Origin: Naegleria gruberi
Taxonomy: Eukaryota
Reading direction: 5' to 3' (one strand)
Assembly: GCA_000004985.1 (NCBI GenBank)
Contig: GG738931.1
DNA: 64,000 nucleotides
In this document: positions 10,608 through 20,900 of the stretch, one piece after another
Position numbering within the stretch: position 1 is the first letter of the stretch
Layout: each line of letters opens with the position of its first letter
Notes under the pieces: model-generated
What the model was told of the DNA's origin: nothing
What the model saw: only the letters and a program-made list of their open reading frames with translations
Database searches by the model: none
Program-made: the position numbers and the translations under genes

Positions 10608-12953
10608 TTACATCTTTGCCAATTCATCCAACAAGTCCTTAACCAAAACAACCTTTTCAGTGGCATTGGTTTCAGTTTGCAAAGCAATCTTGAAAGCATA
10701 GAGTTGATATTCAGAGTCAGCATCGAACAACATATAGACATGTCTGTTGTCAGACTTTCCATCCTCAAGTTCAATTTCCTTCTTTCCTTCCTTCTTAGCC
10801 TTTTCCATAAACTTTTGGAATTCATCATAAACATATGAGTATGTGTATCCATTTGATGACTTGAGTTGTAATTGACGATTTTCACGATCCAAATAAACAG
10901 CTAAATGGCTTCTTTCCAAAGTATCAACATTATCACAAGTAACAAATCTCAATTTGGTGGCATCAAACTTGTTATAACTGGCATAATAGTCGTGAGTGTA
11001 TAAATCTAATGGTTTGTTGGAATGTTCTACGAGAATATCCTTCTTCTTTCCAGTAGAGTCAGTAATTGTAACTCTAATAACCAATGGTTGTGGAAGAGAT
11101 TGATGAGCACGAGCTCTAGAATTGAAATCTCTACCTGGTTGGCCAGTAACAACAATAGCACCACTGAAAACTAAGTTATCAGCTTGACCTGGTTCAAAGT
11201 TAGCAACTTGACCTTCAAAGAATTGGTATTGAGCACCATTCCATCCGTTATATTTAACACCCAATTTGATATTTTGCATTTCAACCCATTCATCGGCTTG
11301 ATTCTTGTGAGCCATTTCAATCTTGACAAAGGACAAATTAGCATCTGACTTGTTAACAACAGTCAATGGAACATTGAAGAAATTGTTGAACTTTCCATCA
11401 GTTGCATAAGAGCTTTGAGAAGCTTCAATAAGTGAATTCAATGCAGCTTGTTCATCAGTGGCAACAAGCAAATTGAATTGAGAATCACCATGATCTTCAT
11501 ACTTCTTACAGTTAGGTCTTGGAACAATGGCCAAATCTTCACCCTTTTGTGGATTGGTTGTTTGCTTTTCAGTGAGATCCTTATAATATTCGAGTGGCTT
11601 TCCAGCAACTTGTGCAATTGGTTCAGTGCTTGGATTACCCAAAATCTTCCATGTACCAATAGAAAGAAAACCATCACCATCCTTTCTAATTCTCCAATAT
11701 GGAGCAGAAATGCTTGGAACAACAAAGGTTGTTAATCCATCAGTCAATCCATTCAATTGCAAAACATTCTTCCAGTTAATTTCATCTTGAGAGTAGGCCA
11801 AATAAGAACCAGCCAAATAAGTTGAACCCCAACCAGATACCAACAATGGCTTGACAACAATACCAGTAACGGTATGTGGATGTTCAAATGTAGCTTGAAC
11901 AAAAGGTCTAGAATTAGAATTAGTAGCAGCACCACTATTACCACTTTCATCTTGGAGTGATTCATAACTTTGTCCAATAGAATCAGAAGCGTATTGTGAA
12001 CTCATTCTAACCTTGTATGACAAGGTAACAGAATCTTCAGAAACAGTGGTTGGAACAGGTGACAAGGTTGGAATATCTTCCAATGAAGCCAATTCAACAG
12101 CTGGACCATTTCTGGAAACCTTAACATCATCCCACTTCAATGGAACCATAAACATGGTTGGCTTTTCACTGTTTGAAAGTTTGATAGAGGCCAAAACATG
12201 CAAAGTATTCTTTTGAGCATTCTTGGTCAATACGAATGAAGTTGACATTAACCATTCAACACCTGAGAAAGTCTTGGTGGAAGTAACCTTAACATCATAA
12301 TTAGCAGCAAAATCATCAGCAGAGTTTTGAGATCCCAAATCCAATGTAGCATATTCTCCAAAGTTATCATAGATATCCTTCTTTAAGGTTTCAGCAACAT
12401 TAGTTAATTGATCTGGTGTGAAAAAGTATAACTTGGAAACAGTAACACCATTCATTAATCTAACATAGAGTTTACCATGTTGATGCAAACCAACAGTGAT
12501 AGTCTTCTTATACTTGTCACCTTCATCAACGAGTTCCATAACGTGCAATGGTTCACTAGTATCCATCAATGGAAGTTGCTTTCTATTCAAAAGCTTTGGA
12601 CTCATCAAGACAATAATATCATCCAAACGTTGATCCAAAGTATTAGATTGCAATACTTGACTCAAAAAGGCTGAATCATCAGTTGATTCAATTTCAAATT
12701 CTTGATCATTGTAAATAAAGGAAACAACAGAATCAAGTGTACTGACACTCTTTCCCAAATGCTTGGCCAATTGAACTTGAAGATCGGAACGGAAATTCTT
12801 CCATGTCAATTCATGAGGAGCATATTTCAAGTTAGTATAAACAAACTTTAATTGCACTTCTTCTTGTGGATCTTGATTTCTAGAAGGTGGATTAGAAAGT
12901 GATTTGTAATAAACTCTAATCTTGGTCACTGGAGCTTGTCTTGAGGTTGTCAT
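10608..12953 (-). CDS. Large hypothetical protein with a discoidin/F5-8 type C-like domain
   Basis: Uninterrupted 781-aa ORF with an ATG start. The segment FEHPHTVTGIVVKPLL...YLAYSQDEINWKNV resembles the discoidin-domain core (VTGVxTQG...YSxDGxNW). Confidence 0.55.
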   Translation of the reverse strand: MTTSRQAPVTKIRVYYKSLSNPPSRNQDPQEEVQLKFVYTNLKYAPHELTWKNFRSDLQVQLAKHLGKSVSTLDSVVSFIYNDQEFEIESTDDSAFLSQVLQSNTLDQRLDDIIVLMSPKLLNRKQLPLMDTSEPLHVMELVDEGDKYKKTITVGLHQHGKLYVRLMNGVTVSKLYFFTPDQLTNVAETLKKDIYDNFGEYATLDLGSQNSADDFAANYDVKVTSTKTFSGVEWLMSTSFVLTKNAQKNTLHVLASIKLSNSEKPTMFMVPLKWDDVKVSRNGPAVELASLEDIPTLSPVPTTVSEDSVTLSYKVRMSSQYASDSIGQSYESLQDESGNSGAATNSNSRPFVQATFEHPHTVTGIVVKPLLVSGWGSTYLAGSYLAYSQDEINWKNVLQLNGLTDGLTTFVVPSISAPYWRIRKDGDGFLSIGTWKILGNPSTEPIAQVAGKPLEYYKDLTEKQTTNPQKGEDLAIVPRPNCKKYEDHGDSQFNLLVATDEQAALNSLIEASQSSYATDGKFNNFFNVPLTVVNKSDANLSFVKIEMAHKNQADEWVEMQNIKLGVKYNGWNGAQYQFFEGQVANFEPGQADNLVFSGAIVVTGQPGRDFNSRARAHQSLPQPLVIRVTITDSTGKKKDILVEHSNKPLDLYTHDYYASYNKFDATKLRFVTCDNVDTLERSHLAVYLDRENRQLQLKSSNGYTYSYVYDEFQKFMEKAKKEGKKEIELEDGKSDNRHVYMLFDADSEYQLYAFKIALQTETNATEKVVLVKDLLDELAKM

Positions 12954-13505
12954 CTTTTTTCGGGAGTGTGAGGAGGAAATTAGTGTGTAGTTTTTGTTTT
13001 GATCAAAAAAAGTTTATGCACGAGCAAGGCTTTCTAAACTTTTGTGATTTTTTTTTTAAGTTGTAAAAATTCAAATCGTTGGCGCAAATCTTTTTAAATC
13101 AGCGCCGTAATCAAGAGCTTAAAAAACAAGTTTGTTGTGCAGAAGAAAATTCGAGTTGAAAAATTTCTTGAATGTGAAAGAGATCAATTTTGAAAGTCTT
13201 TCCGAGGTAATTGATTGAATGTGGTGGAACGAGAATGAGATGACGGATTACAATGAGTGATGGCAATGTTCAGTGGAAGTTCGAAGCTGGTTGTTCGAAT
13301 TTCTGCTCGGAATGGAAATTTTGATTGGAAGTTGTTTCGATTTGATTGCTTTGAATATTTGAAGCTGGTGGTTTGAATATTGAGGTGTTATTGTATTATT
13401 TGTGAATGTTCTTTATTTAACAGTTTACAATTAACAAACCGTAGTCTTTGATTTATTGTAAAGTATTTCAAAAAACTAACTGATTTTTGAGATCTTTGAA
13501 AAAAA

Positions 13506-14491
13506 ATGTTTTCTGAACTTTCAGCAGTTGGCAAAATCATTCAGCAAGATCTTGTTGATGTTCAACAACATCATCACAAGCATAAACTTCTATTAGAAAC
13601 CTTACGAAAACCAATTCATGACACAAAGAGTGAACAAGGAAAATTGCAATTCAACAGTTTACTGAGTGAGAAGAATTTATATTTGAAATTTATGGAACGA
13701 TCCGAGAGAATTGATGAAATTAAAATCATCATCGGAACATCGGAACATGATGAAAAAAGTAAAATTAATCATCATCACATTCATCATCATCATCATGATG
13801 AGGAAAATAATGATCATCACTTCTTCCGAATGGCAAATATTGAAAAAGTTTCAGTTTTGGAGGATAAAATTCCAAAAACAAGTGATTATGAACCGTTATC
13901 TTGGGCTTGTTTTGGGAAATGCAAAAAATCAAGAATTGACTTTTTGAGTAGGATTACAAATCAAGAGGTTTTTCAAGCTATGAGATTGGAACAGGAATTT
14001 ATGGGTGAAAATGTGTTTATTGGATTTTCGTAAGTAGATATTTGAGAAAATTGAGGAAATTAATTGAAAATGAAAGTGATTTTGGAGTTGATGATTCACA
14101 AGAGTTGGAACAGAGCAAGAATTTGTTGCATATTTGTTACAAGTCACATGTTCATCATGGCTTTTTATTGGTTATTGATACAGTGGACGTTTCAGAAAAT
14201 TATTTATTGAATGAATTACCTTTGTGGGTGAAGGATTTAAGAAGTGTCATATCAGATTCCGTTCCAATCGTTCTGATTGGCAATAATGCTGATAAGAGAG
14301 ACGCCTTATTATCAACTCAACATAAATTGGAAGATAGACTTCCTTTGAGTACAGAACAGGGAGAGAAACTAGCTGAAAAGTTGGGCTGTTTCACATATAT
14401 AGAAATGGAAAAGGAATTGTCAATGGATAGTTTGAGACAATTACTTGTAAAAATTCATATCATTCATCAAGATTTGACAGTTCACAAATAA
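13506..14491 (+). CDS. Ras-superfamily-like protein with degenerate nucleotide-binding motifs (candidate pseudoGTPase), 2 exons, His-rich insert
   Basis: The second ORF segment HHGFLLVIDTVDVSENYLL...VPIVLIGNNADKRD aligns to the Ras switch II to G4 region, but NKxD is NNAD. No P-loop (GxxxxGKS/T) is present in exon 1. The segments are in different frames and are joined by a short GTAAGT intron. Confidence 0.5.
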
Positions 14492-14534
14492 ATAACTAGT
14501 TCAATAATTAATTATTCAAAAAAGAATTGCTTTA

Positions 14535-15590
14535 TTAAACAGTATCCATTCCTTCTTCGACTGGAGATTTTGGAGTTTTAACACTTGATGCTCTTCTTTT
14601 AGTGGCTACATTCAAATCAACAGCTCGATCTAATTGAGCATTAGAACCAGCTTCTGCACCAACTTCAATGGTTCTTTCCTTTGTGGCCTCATCAATCTTT
14701 GACATTTGAGGTCTATGAATGGTGCTTGGTTTTCTTTGTCTAGCTTGTTTGGCTCTATTCAAATTCAAGTGAACAACAACCTTATTTTCTTCTGTTGTGA
14801 CAGGATCTGAGGAGGAGGTATTTTCTGATTGAGCAGTAGTGGTGGTATCTGTTACAATAATTGGAGGAGTTGCTACAGAGAGAGGAGTGGTATTTTTGGA
14901 GTTGTCAATTGGTGTTTTTGGAGAGCTGAGAATAATGGTTGGTGTTGAAGTGACATTTTGTGCTTGTGGAGTAGTGACACTATCTGCTTGAACTCTTGGT
15001 GGAATAATGAGTGGAGTAGAAGAGGACCCTCCCATATCATCACTCTTTCTCTTAGCAATTGGTGTATTTGGTGTATGTTCAGGAAGTTTGTACGAAGCAG
15101 GTGGTGTGAAAGTTCCTGAAGAAACTGGCTTTGTAAATACAGATCTTGATCTCAAATGAGCTTTTGATGAAGATTCTTCACTATTATCAACTGGAAGCTT
15201 TTTTGATGAAGTAACAAATAATCCAGGTTGATTCTTTCCAATATCATCAACATTCTTGTCTTCCTCTGCAACTGGCGAAACCATAGACGAAACTTTTTTG
15301 TGTGGCATTCCTCCAGGTGGTTTCAATCCCATAATTGGTGGACCACCAGAATTTTCAGTAGATGCCAATACAGTAACATCATTACACCAGCCACCTTTGA
15401 TTTTACTTGTTCTACAGTTTGGTGAGAATGAAATTTCCAAATTTGGATACTTCTTTTTGAGTGTTTGAGTAAATGAAATATATTCCCTCACTAGTAATGT
15501 AAGAGATTTGATTTTTGGATTATTAAACTTGATCTGGATATGATACGGAGTGCTGAGAATGTTAAATTCAGTAATTTCTGTAAATTTCAA
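14535..15590 (-). CDS. Ser/Thr/Pro-rich hypothetical protein. The ORF lacks an in-frame ATG at its 5' end, so the start is unresolved.
   Basis: Long ORF with a structured N-terminal ~100 aa, then a low-complexity S/T/P-rich tail. The first codon in the track is an alternative TTG. Confidence 0.45.
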   Translation of the reverse strand: MKFTEITEFNILSTPYHIQIKFNNPKIKSLTLLVREYISFTQTLKKKYPNLEISFSPNCRTSKIKGGWCNDVTVLASTENSGGPPIMGLKPPGGMPHKKVSSMVSPVAEEDKNVDDIGKNQPGLFVTSSKKLPVDNSEESSSKAHLRSRSVFTKPVSSGTFTPPASYKLPEHTPNTPIAKRKSDDMGGSSSTPLIIPPRVQADSVTTPQAQNVTSTPTIILSSPKTPIDNSKNTTPLSVATPPIIVTDTTTTAQSENTSSSDPVTTEENKVVVHLNLNRAKQARQRKPSTIHRPQMSKIDEATKERTIEVGAEAGSNAQLDRAVDLNVATKRRASSVKTPKSPVEEGMDTV

Positions 15591-15710
15591 CTCGTGAGTC
15601 GAGTATTGAATAGTTTGTTTTTGTAAAGATATTTTACAATCGAAATCTAATCATTCCAAATCATTTTTGTATAAATATTGTATAATATTGTATAAATTCT
15701 TTACAAAGAA

Positions 15711-16277
15711 TTACTTACAATCTTGACTTTCTACAATCAACACATTAAAATCAACAATTGATTTGCCCAACATTTGAGAAACTATTCCTTTTGGTGTAGA
15801 AGAACCAGTTCCTGCACTGTTTTGTTTCTCCTCGGTTGGTGTTGCAGATTCGTCAAGTTTCGGCATCTTTCCTTCCAAATATTTCTTATTCTTTTCATCT
15901 AGAGAAACCTTTTCCAATGGTTTAGATTGATGAATTAAATACAACTCCTTAATTAAATTATAAACCGAGGAAGCATATTCCATACTTTTACATTTCAAAT
16001 CATGTTCAGTTTTAGAATCGTCTAATTTAATCGAAACTTTCTTCTTTACACAATTTAAACTTTGAATTTGTTTGTATTCTAAAGCAACTTTAGGTTTCTT
16101 ACAAAGAATCCTATCTTTACAAATGTAAAGTGTTCCTTTAGAAAGAATTGATCCTTTAACATCATATTCGGCAATGATGATATCATCTACGGAGAATGAC
16201 TTTCGAATAACAGAGTCGAAAGCATCGGGTTCTAAATGGTCGGCAGCAGAAACGTTCGATTGACGAAACTTTCTCAT
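15711..16277 (-). CDS. Small PH/GRAM-like domain protein (hypothetical)
   Basis: 188-aa ORF with an ATG start. KGTLYICKDRILCKKPK...IQSLNCVKKKVSIKL has a PH-like beta-sandwich pattern. The family call is weak. Confidence 0.45.
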   Translation of the reverse strand: MRKFRQSNVSAADHLEPDAFDSVIRKSFSVDDIIIAEYDVKGSILSKGTLYICKDRILCKKPKVALEYKQIQSLNCVKKKVSIKLDDSKTEHDLKCKSMEYASSVYNLIKELYLIHQSKPLEKVSLDEKNKKYLEGKMPKLDESATPTEEKQNSAGTGSSTPKGIVSQMLGKSIVDFNVLIVESQDCK

Positions 16278-16592
16278 TTCTTCTTTGATTTTTTTTTAAT
16301 AATTGATGACATGCGAATTTAATTACAGTTGCAAAGATATTCAAGAGCTGTCAACCATCATCTATTGACAAGCGAATCATAACAAGTAGGATCTAACTTT
16401 CAGCTTTAGTATTTCATTATCCACAACCACAAATAACATGTTCCAAATAATAATAAAAATCATAATTTTGCAAATAATTTCAAAAACTTGATCGTTGCTT
16501 TTCCCGCTCAAAAAAACAATTAAAAATTAAAATCAAAATTTTTTATATAAAAAAAATACAGAAAATGGTGTAGAGGCTTTTTTTCTCTGCAA

Positions 16593-17870
16593 TTATTGGT
16601 CGGAGGCTGTGCTTGTTGGTTGAACATTGGCAGCAGCTTGTTGACCAGAGTTTGGATAGGACCCTTGTTGTGGATAGTAGTTATATGGATAGGTTGAGGC
16701 GCCACCTTGAGGATAACCTTGTTGTGAAGGATAGCCATAACCTTGTTGTTGTGGGTATCCGTATCCTTGTTGTGAAGGATAACCTTGTTGTGGGTATTGT
16801 TGTTGTTGAGGATAGCTACCACCTTGGGAAGGATATTGCTGACCATAGTTATATGGATAGGTAGAACCTTGTTGTGGATATTGTTGTTGTTGGTTATAGT
16901 ATGGATAAGAACCTCCTTGTTGAGTTGGATATTGTTGTTGTTGTGCAGGATAGGTAGAACCTTGAGGATAACCTTGTTGAGTTGGATATTGTTGTTGTTG
17001 GGTTGGATACTGTTGTTGTGCAGGATAGTTTGAACCTTGTGGGTATCCTTGTTGCTGAGTGGCTGGATATTGAGTTGGATATTGTTGTTGTGAAGGGTAA
17101 CTTGAACTTGGATAGTATTGTTGTTGTGGATATTGTTGTTGATTTGGATACTGTTGTTGTTGTTGACCATATTGAGGAGCAGACAAGAATTGTTGTTGAC
17201 TTGGTTGACCTGGTTGACCTGGTTGTTGACCTTGTTGTGGCTGTTGACCTGGTTGACCTGGTTGTCCTCCTTGTTGTTGTTGGCCATTGTTATTATTGTT
17301 ATTTGATTCTTGGTAATTTCCTCTAAAGCTAGCAAGGGCTGCTTCAATTTGTGAGGATGTGGATTGATACTTCTTCCAATCCTTAGCTTGCAAATCAGTG
17401 ATAAGTTCAGTGGAAAGTGGAACAAGTTTCTCCTTAACAATCTTGAAATCTTCTGGTTGACCTTCAAAACCACCCTTTTCTTCATTTTGCAATTGCATAA
17501 TATTGGATTGAATGGTTCTGGAGGCGCTGTCAATCAAACTACAATCTTTGAATCCATTATCACCCCAACAAAAGCTTCCAAAACTATTAACCATATTCAA
17601 TTGCATTTTAATGTTACTGACTGCACTGGATACTCTTGATTTTGGAGTATTTTGTTGTTGTTGTTGTTGTTGGCCTTGACCTTGACCTTGACCTTGTTGT
17701 GGTTGTTGCCCTGGCATTTGTTGTTGAGGATAGCCAGCTCCTGGATATTGACCAGGTTGCTGTTGTTGGAGTGGATTTGTTTGGAATGGTCTTCCATTTA
17801 CGACTTGGTATTGTGCCACTACTAGTAATGAAATATTTAGTAGCAAAACTGTTAGAACTATTAGTTTCAT
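16593..17870 (-). CDS. Secreted Q/P/Y/G-rich low-complexity (prion-like) repeat protein
   Basis: Signal peptide [20 protein letters not shown], a non-repetitive ~110-aa central domain, and extensive [13 protein letters not shown]-type repeats encoded by CAA/CAG/CCA runs. Confidence 0.6.
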   Translation of the reverse strand: MKLIVLTVLLLNISLLVVAQYQVVNGRPFQTNPLQQQQPGQYPGAGYPQQQMPGQQPQQGQGQGQGQQQQQQQNTPKSRVSSAVSNIKMQLNMVNSFGSFCWGDNGFKDCSLIDSASRTIQSNIMQLQNEEKGGFEGQPEDFKIVKEKLVPLSTELITDLQAKDWKKYQSTSSQIEAALASFRGNYQESNNNNNNGQQQQGGQPGQPGQQPQQGQQPGQPGQPSQQQFLSAPQYGQQQQQYPNQQQYPQQQYYPSSSYPSQQQYPTQYPATQQQGYPQGSNYPAQQQYPTQQQQYPTQQGYPQGSTYPAQQQQYPTQQGGSYPYYNQQQQYPQQGSTYPYNYGQQYPSQGGSYPQQQQYPQQGYPSQQGYGYPQQQGYGYPSQQGYPQGGASTYPYNYYPQQGSYPNSGQQAAANVQPTSTASDQ

Positions 17871-17998
17871 TTTCTTTTTGATGATTCAATAGGATGATCA
17901 GGAGAATCCACTATTAAGATCGCAACTTTCTTTAACCACTTTTGGAAAGACAATTGATAAAAAACTTTTTTATTTTTGATATATTGTACATTTGGAGA

Positions 17999-20900
17999 CT
18001 AATGGCATGTCTTGCTATTTACTAAAAAAGTTGCTTGTTTTGCTAGATAGCTTTGGTCAAGGTTCTTGAAAGGAATTAGTGCTTTACATTCACTATCTTC
18101 TAATTTGGAAAGAGCCTGAATAACCTTATGTACATGGGAATTTGTGAGTCTGTCACCACTTCCTGGGAATTCATAATCTGATTTGAAGAGAGTTGCCAAT
18201 CTCAATAACATTTCATTTTCCTCTTTCGTATTTCTCTCGTTCAGTATTTGCTTCCATTTCTGATAAGTTACATTTTGCATTGGCTCCTTTTTCAATAATT
18301 TAGCTTCTGTTGTTGCTGCTATGGAGAGTAAATCGTCAATGTGAATGACGAATTTATCTAGATTTGCCAACTCGAATATGAAATAGTTTGGATTTTCGTG
18401 AAGATCTGTTACGAATGCATTCTCATTCTGTGTCAACTGTACAATGACTCTTGAAATAATATCTACTGGGACAATGTTTAGAGTTCTGTTCGTCTTTGGG
18501 AAGCAATTCATTTCAAAACATCCCATGACTAATCTATTGACCCAATCTATTAAATTAGAAACTCCATTGACAGTATCACTTCCAATCATACCAGGTCTGA
18601 AAATGGCTCCTGGATATCCCAATAATCTTGCTTGTTGAATATATTGTTCGGCAACAAACTTGGTGCTACTGTATCCATTAGCTCTTTCAATAATTGGTTT
18701 GAGTTGCCTCATGACTTGATCCATGTGATTGTTAATTAAATCCGTAATATCTTTCTTATTGCTAATTCCAGATGTACTGGTTGGTATTCCAAAGAGTGAT
18801 AATCCAGATTGCAATACTCCAACTGTAGAGACGAAAACTATTGGGGCTAAAGTGGAATCTCCACTTTGAATATTCAATTTAGATGATAAGCAAGCCAATT
18901 TCAATAATGAAAGAGTAGATCCAGTATTTGAGGAAAATAATTGAGGATATGACATGACAGAGTTGACATACGCTCCGTTGTGATAAATAATATCAATATT
19001 TTCTGCCAGTTTCTTGAATTCTTCCTCAGTGAGTCCTAAATTATCATCTCCTAAATTACCCTTGACAACTGAAATTCTCTTTTCATACTTGTCATTCCAA
19101 AGTTTGAATTCCACAAGGTTTTCTTTCACTCTCATGAAAACGTCATCTTGATGATTCTTTTCTCTGACTATACAATAGACTTTGACATTTTCTTCAGCTT
19201 TCTCTAATGCTTCCAATAAATCTCTCAATATAAATGCTCCTAGGAATCCTGTTGAACCTGTCAATAGAATACCCTTCTTCAAATCGGCTATCTTTTTAAA
19301 TTGCGTATTTCCTCTTGATGTGAGGTCTATAATGTCATTCAACACATCTTCAGGAAGGAGAATATCCTTCTTCCAATCATGGGATGAATTGACTGTGGCA
19401 ACATCATCATGTTGGTTTTTGGTGACAAAATCTGAAACTCTACTCACTACGCTATCCACATTTCTGTCAGTTTGAGAAAATATCAGCGAGAGTGGAACAT
19501 CAATGTTATACTTTTGCTTCATAATACCAGAAAATTTAACAGCGTGAAGACTGTCAATAATTTTCATATTTCCATCAGATTCAGCTGAACCTGTTTGAGA
19601 ATTTAACAATAATTCACGAATCAAATCTTCATCCAATTTCCTCTTGTTAATAGACTCTAGGTGCTCATAAAGAGCTTCCAACTCTTCCTTATACTTCATT
19701 TCGCATCCAAATCTCTTAACTTTCATTGAAGAGGTAAGGAGATCGTTCTTCTCACTAAATGACTCAAATTCAATAATAAAGTCCTTTGGCACTTCGTATG
19801 GAAGAAGAGAGCAGTTCACAGATACTTTCTCAATTTCCTCACACAAAACCTTTTTAACCTTTTCATTGGTTTTCAGCAAGTCCTTCTCTGAATCACTCAA
19901 GAGCTCTTCACTTGATGAGTTGATGAGCCCTTCCTTGATTGCAAATTGTTTCAAAACCGTTTGATTAGGTACAATTACACCTACAAGGTAGCTTTTCGAC
20001 ACATTTCCATAAATGAAAGCTTGGAAGATGAATTTTGAGGTAGTCAGAGCATCTTCAATCTTTGCAGGTGCAATAAATTCTCCTTGACTCAATTTGAAAA
20101 TATTCTTGAGTCTGTCAATAATTCTAATGTGTCTTGGACCTAGCTCCTCAACAATATCATTAGTATGCAACCATCCTTCCTCATCCAAAGCGTTTTTCGT
20201 AAGTTCTTCATTCTTGTAATATCCAATGAACATGGTTTTTGTTTTAACACAAAGTTCTCCTCTTGGATAAGGTTTGTCATTTGTGAAATAGTTCATGTCA
20301 GGTACGTCAACCAACTTGTACTCAACAGAGCTATGAAGTCTGTTATCATTCATGATACCTCCTGCTTCTGACATTCCAAAACCATCTGAAACGAAGCAAT
20401 TAAAACATTTTCCAAGAAATTCTCTAACTTGTGGGCTTGAAGAGGCTCCTCCAATAATTATTGATTGTAAGCGACCACCCAACATGTTTCTAAAATCTTT
20501 CATTACTCTTTCTTCAAGTTCTCTCTCCGTTTTAGGTCTATCCTCATTTTGATTCGAAATACCTGAAAGCCAACTTGTCTTTTCCAATTCGTACACTTTT
20601 TTATACTCATCATAGAGTACATTATAAAGTCTTGGTGTTGAGGCAATGACAGTAGGTTTGACCTTTTGAATATCCTCAAAGATGTGAACAAAATCTCTGG
20701 TAAATATTCCCACTCTAGCACCATCACACATGGCCAAAAGGGTGTGTTTTCTGTCACTCATGTGAGCAAGAGGACAGAATGAAAATTGTACTTTTGGATT
20801 TTCAGCTCTGAAACCATGCATTTCTCTTCTCAGAGATTTGTCACTAACCATTATGCCCTTCGGCTGACCTGTCGATCCACTCGTGAAAACTAACGATAGA

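Noticed and set aside
13080-13106. GC-rich palindrome TGGCGC-N16-GCGCC in the bidirectional promoter between genes 10608..12953 and 13506..14491
   Set aside because: Only a 5-bp stem. Conspicuous in AT-rich DNA but too short to distinguish from chance.
14535-16277. Attempt to join the 188-aa PH-like ORF (15711..16277) to the ATG-less 351-aa ORF (14535..15590) across the 120-bp spacer as a single spliced gene
   Set aside because: Every GT/AG combination tried in the spacer, including the GTAAGT at 15705 and the tttacag acceptor at 15575, produced an in-frame stop. The two are kept separate and the start of the downstream gene stays unresolved.
16520-17533. 337-aa poly-N/poly-I ORF, together with the plus-strand poly-L/V ORFs 16613..17881, overlapping the Q/Y/P-rich gene
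   Set aside because: These are alternative-frame readings of CAA/CAG/CCA repeat DNA. Only the 16593..17870 frame has a signal peptide and a non-repetitive domain.
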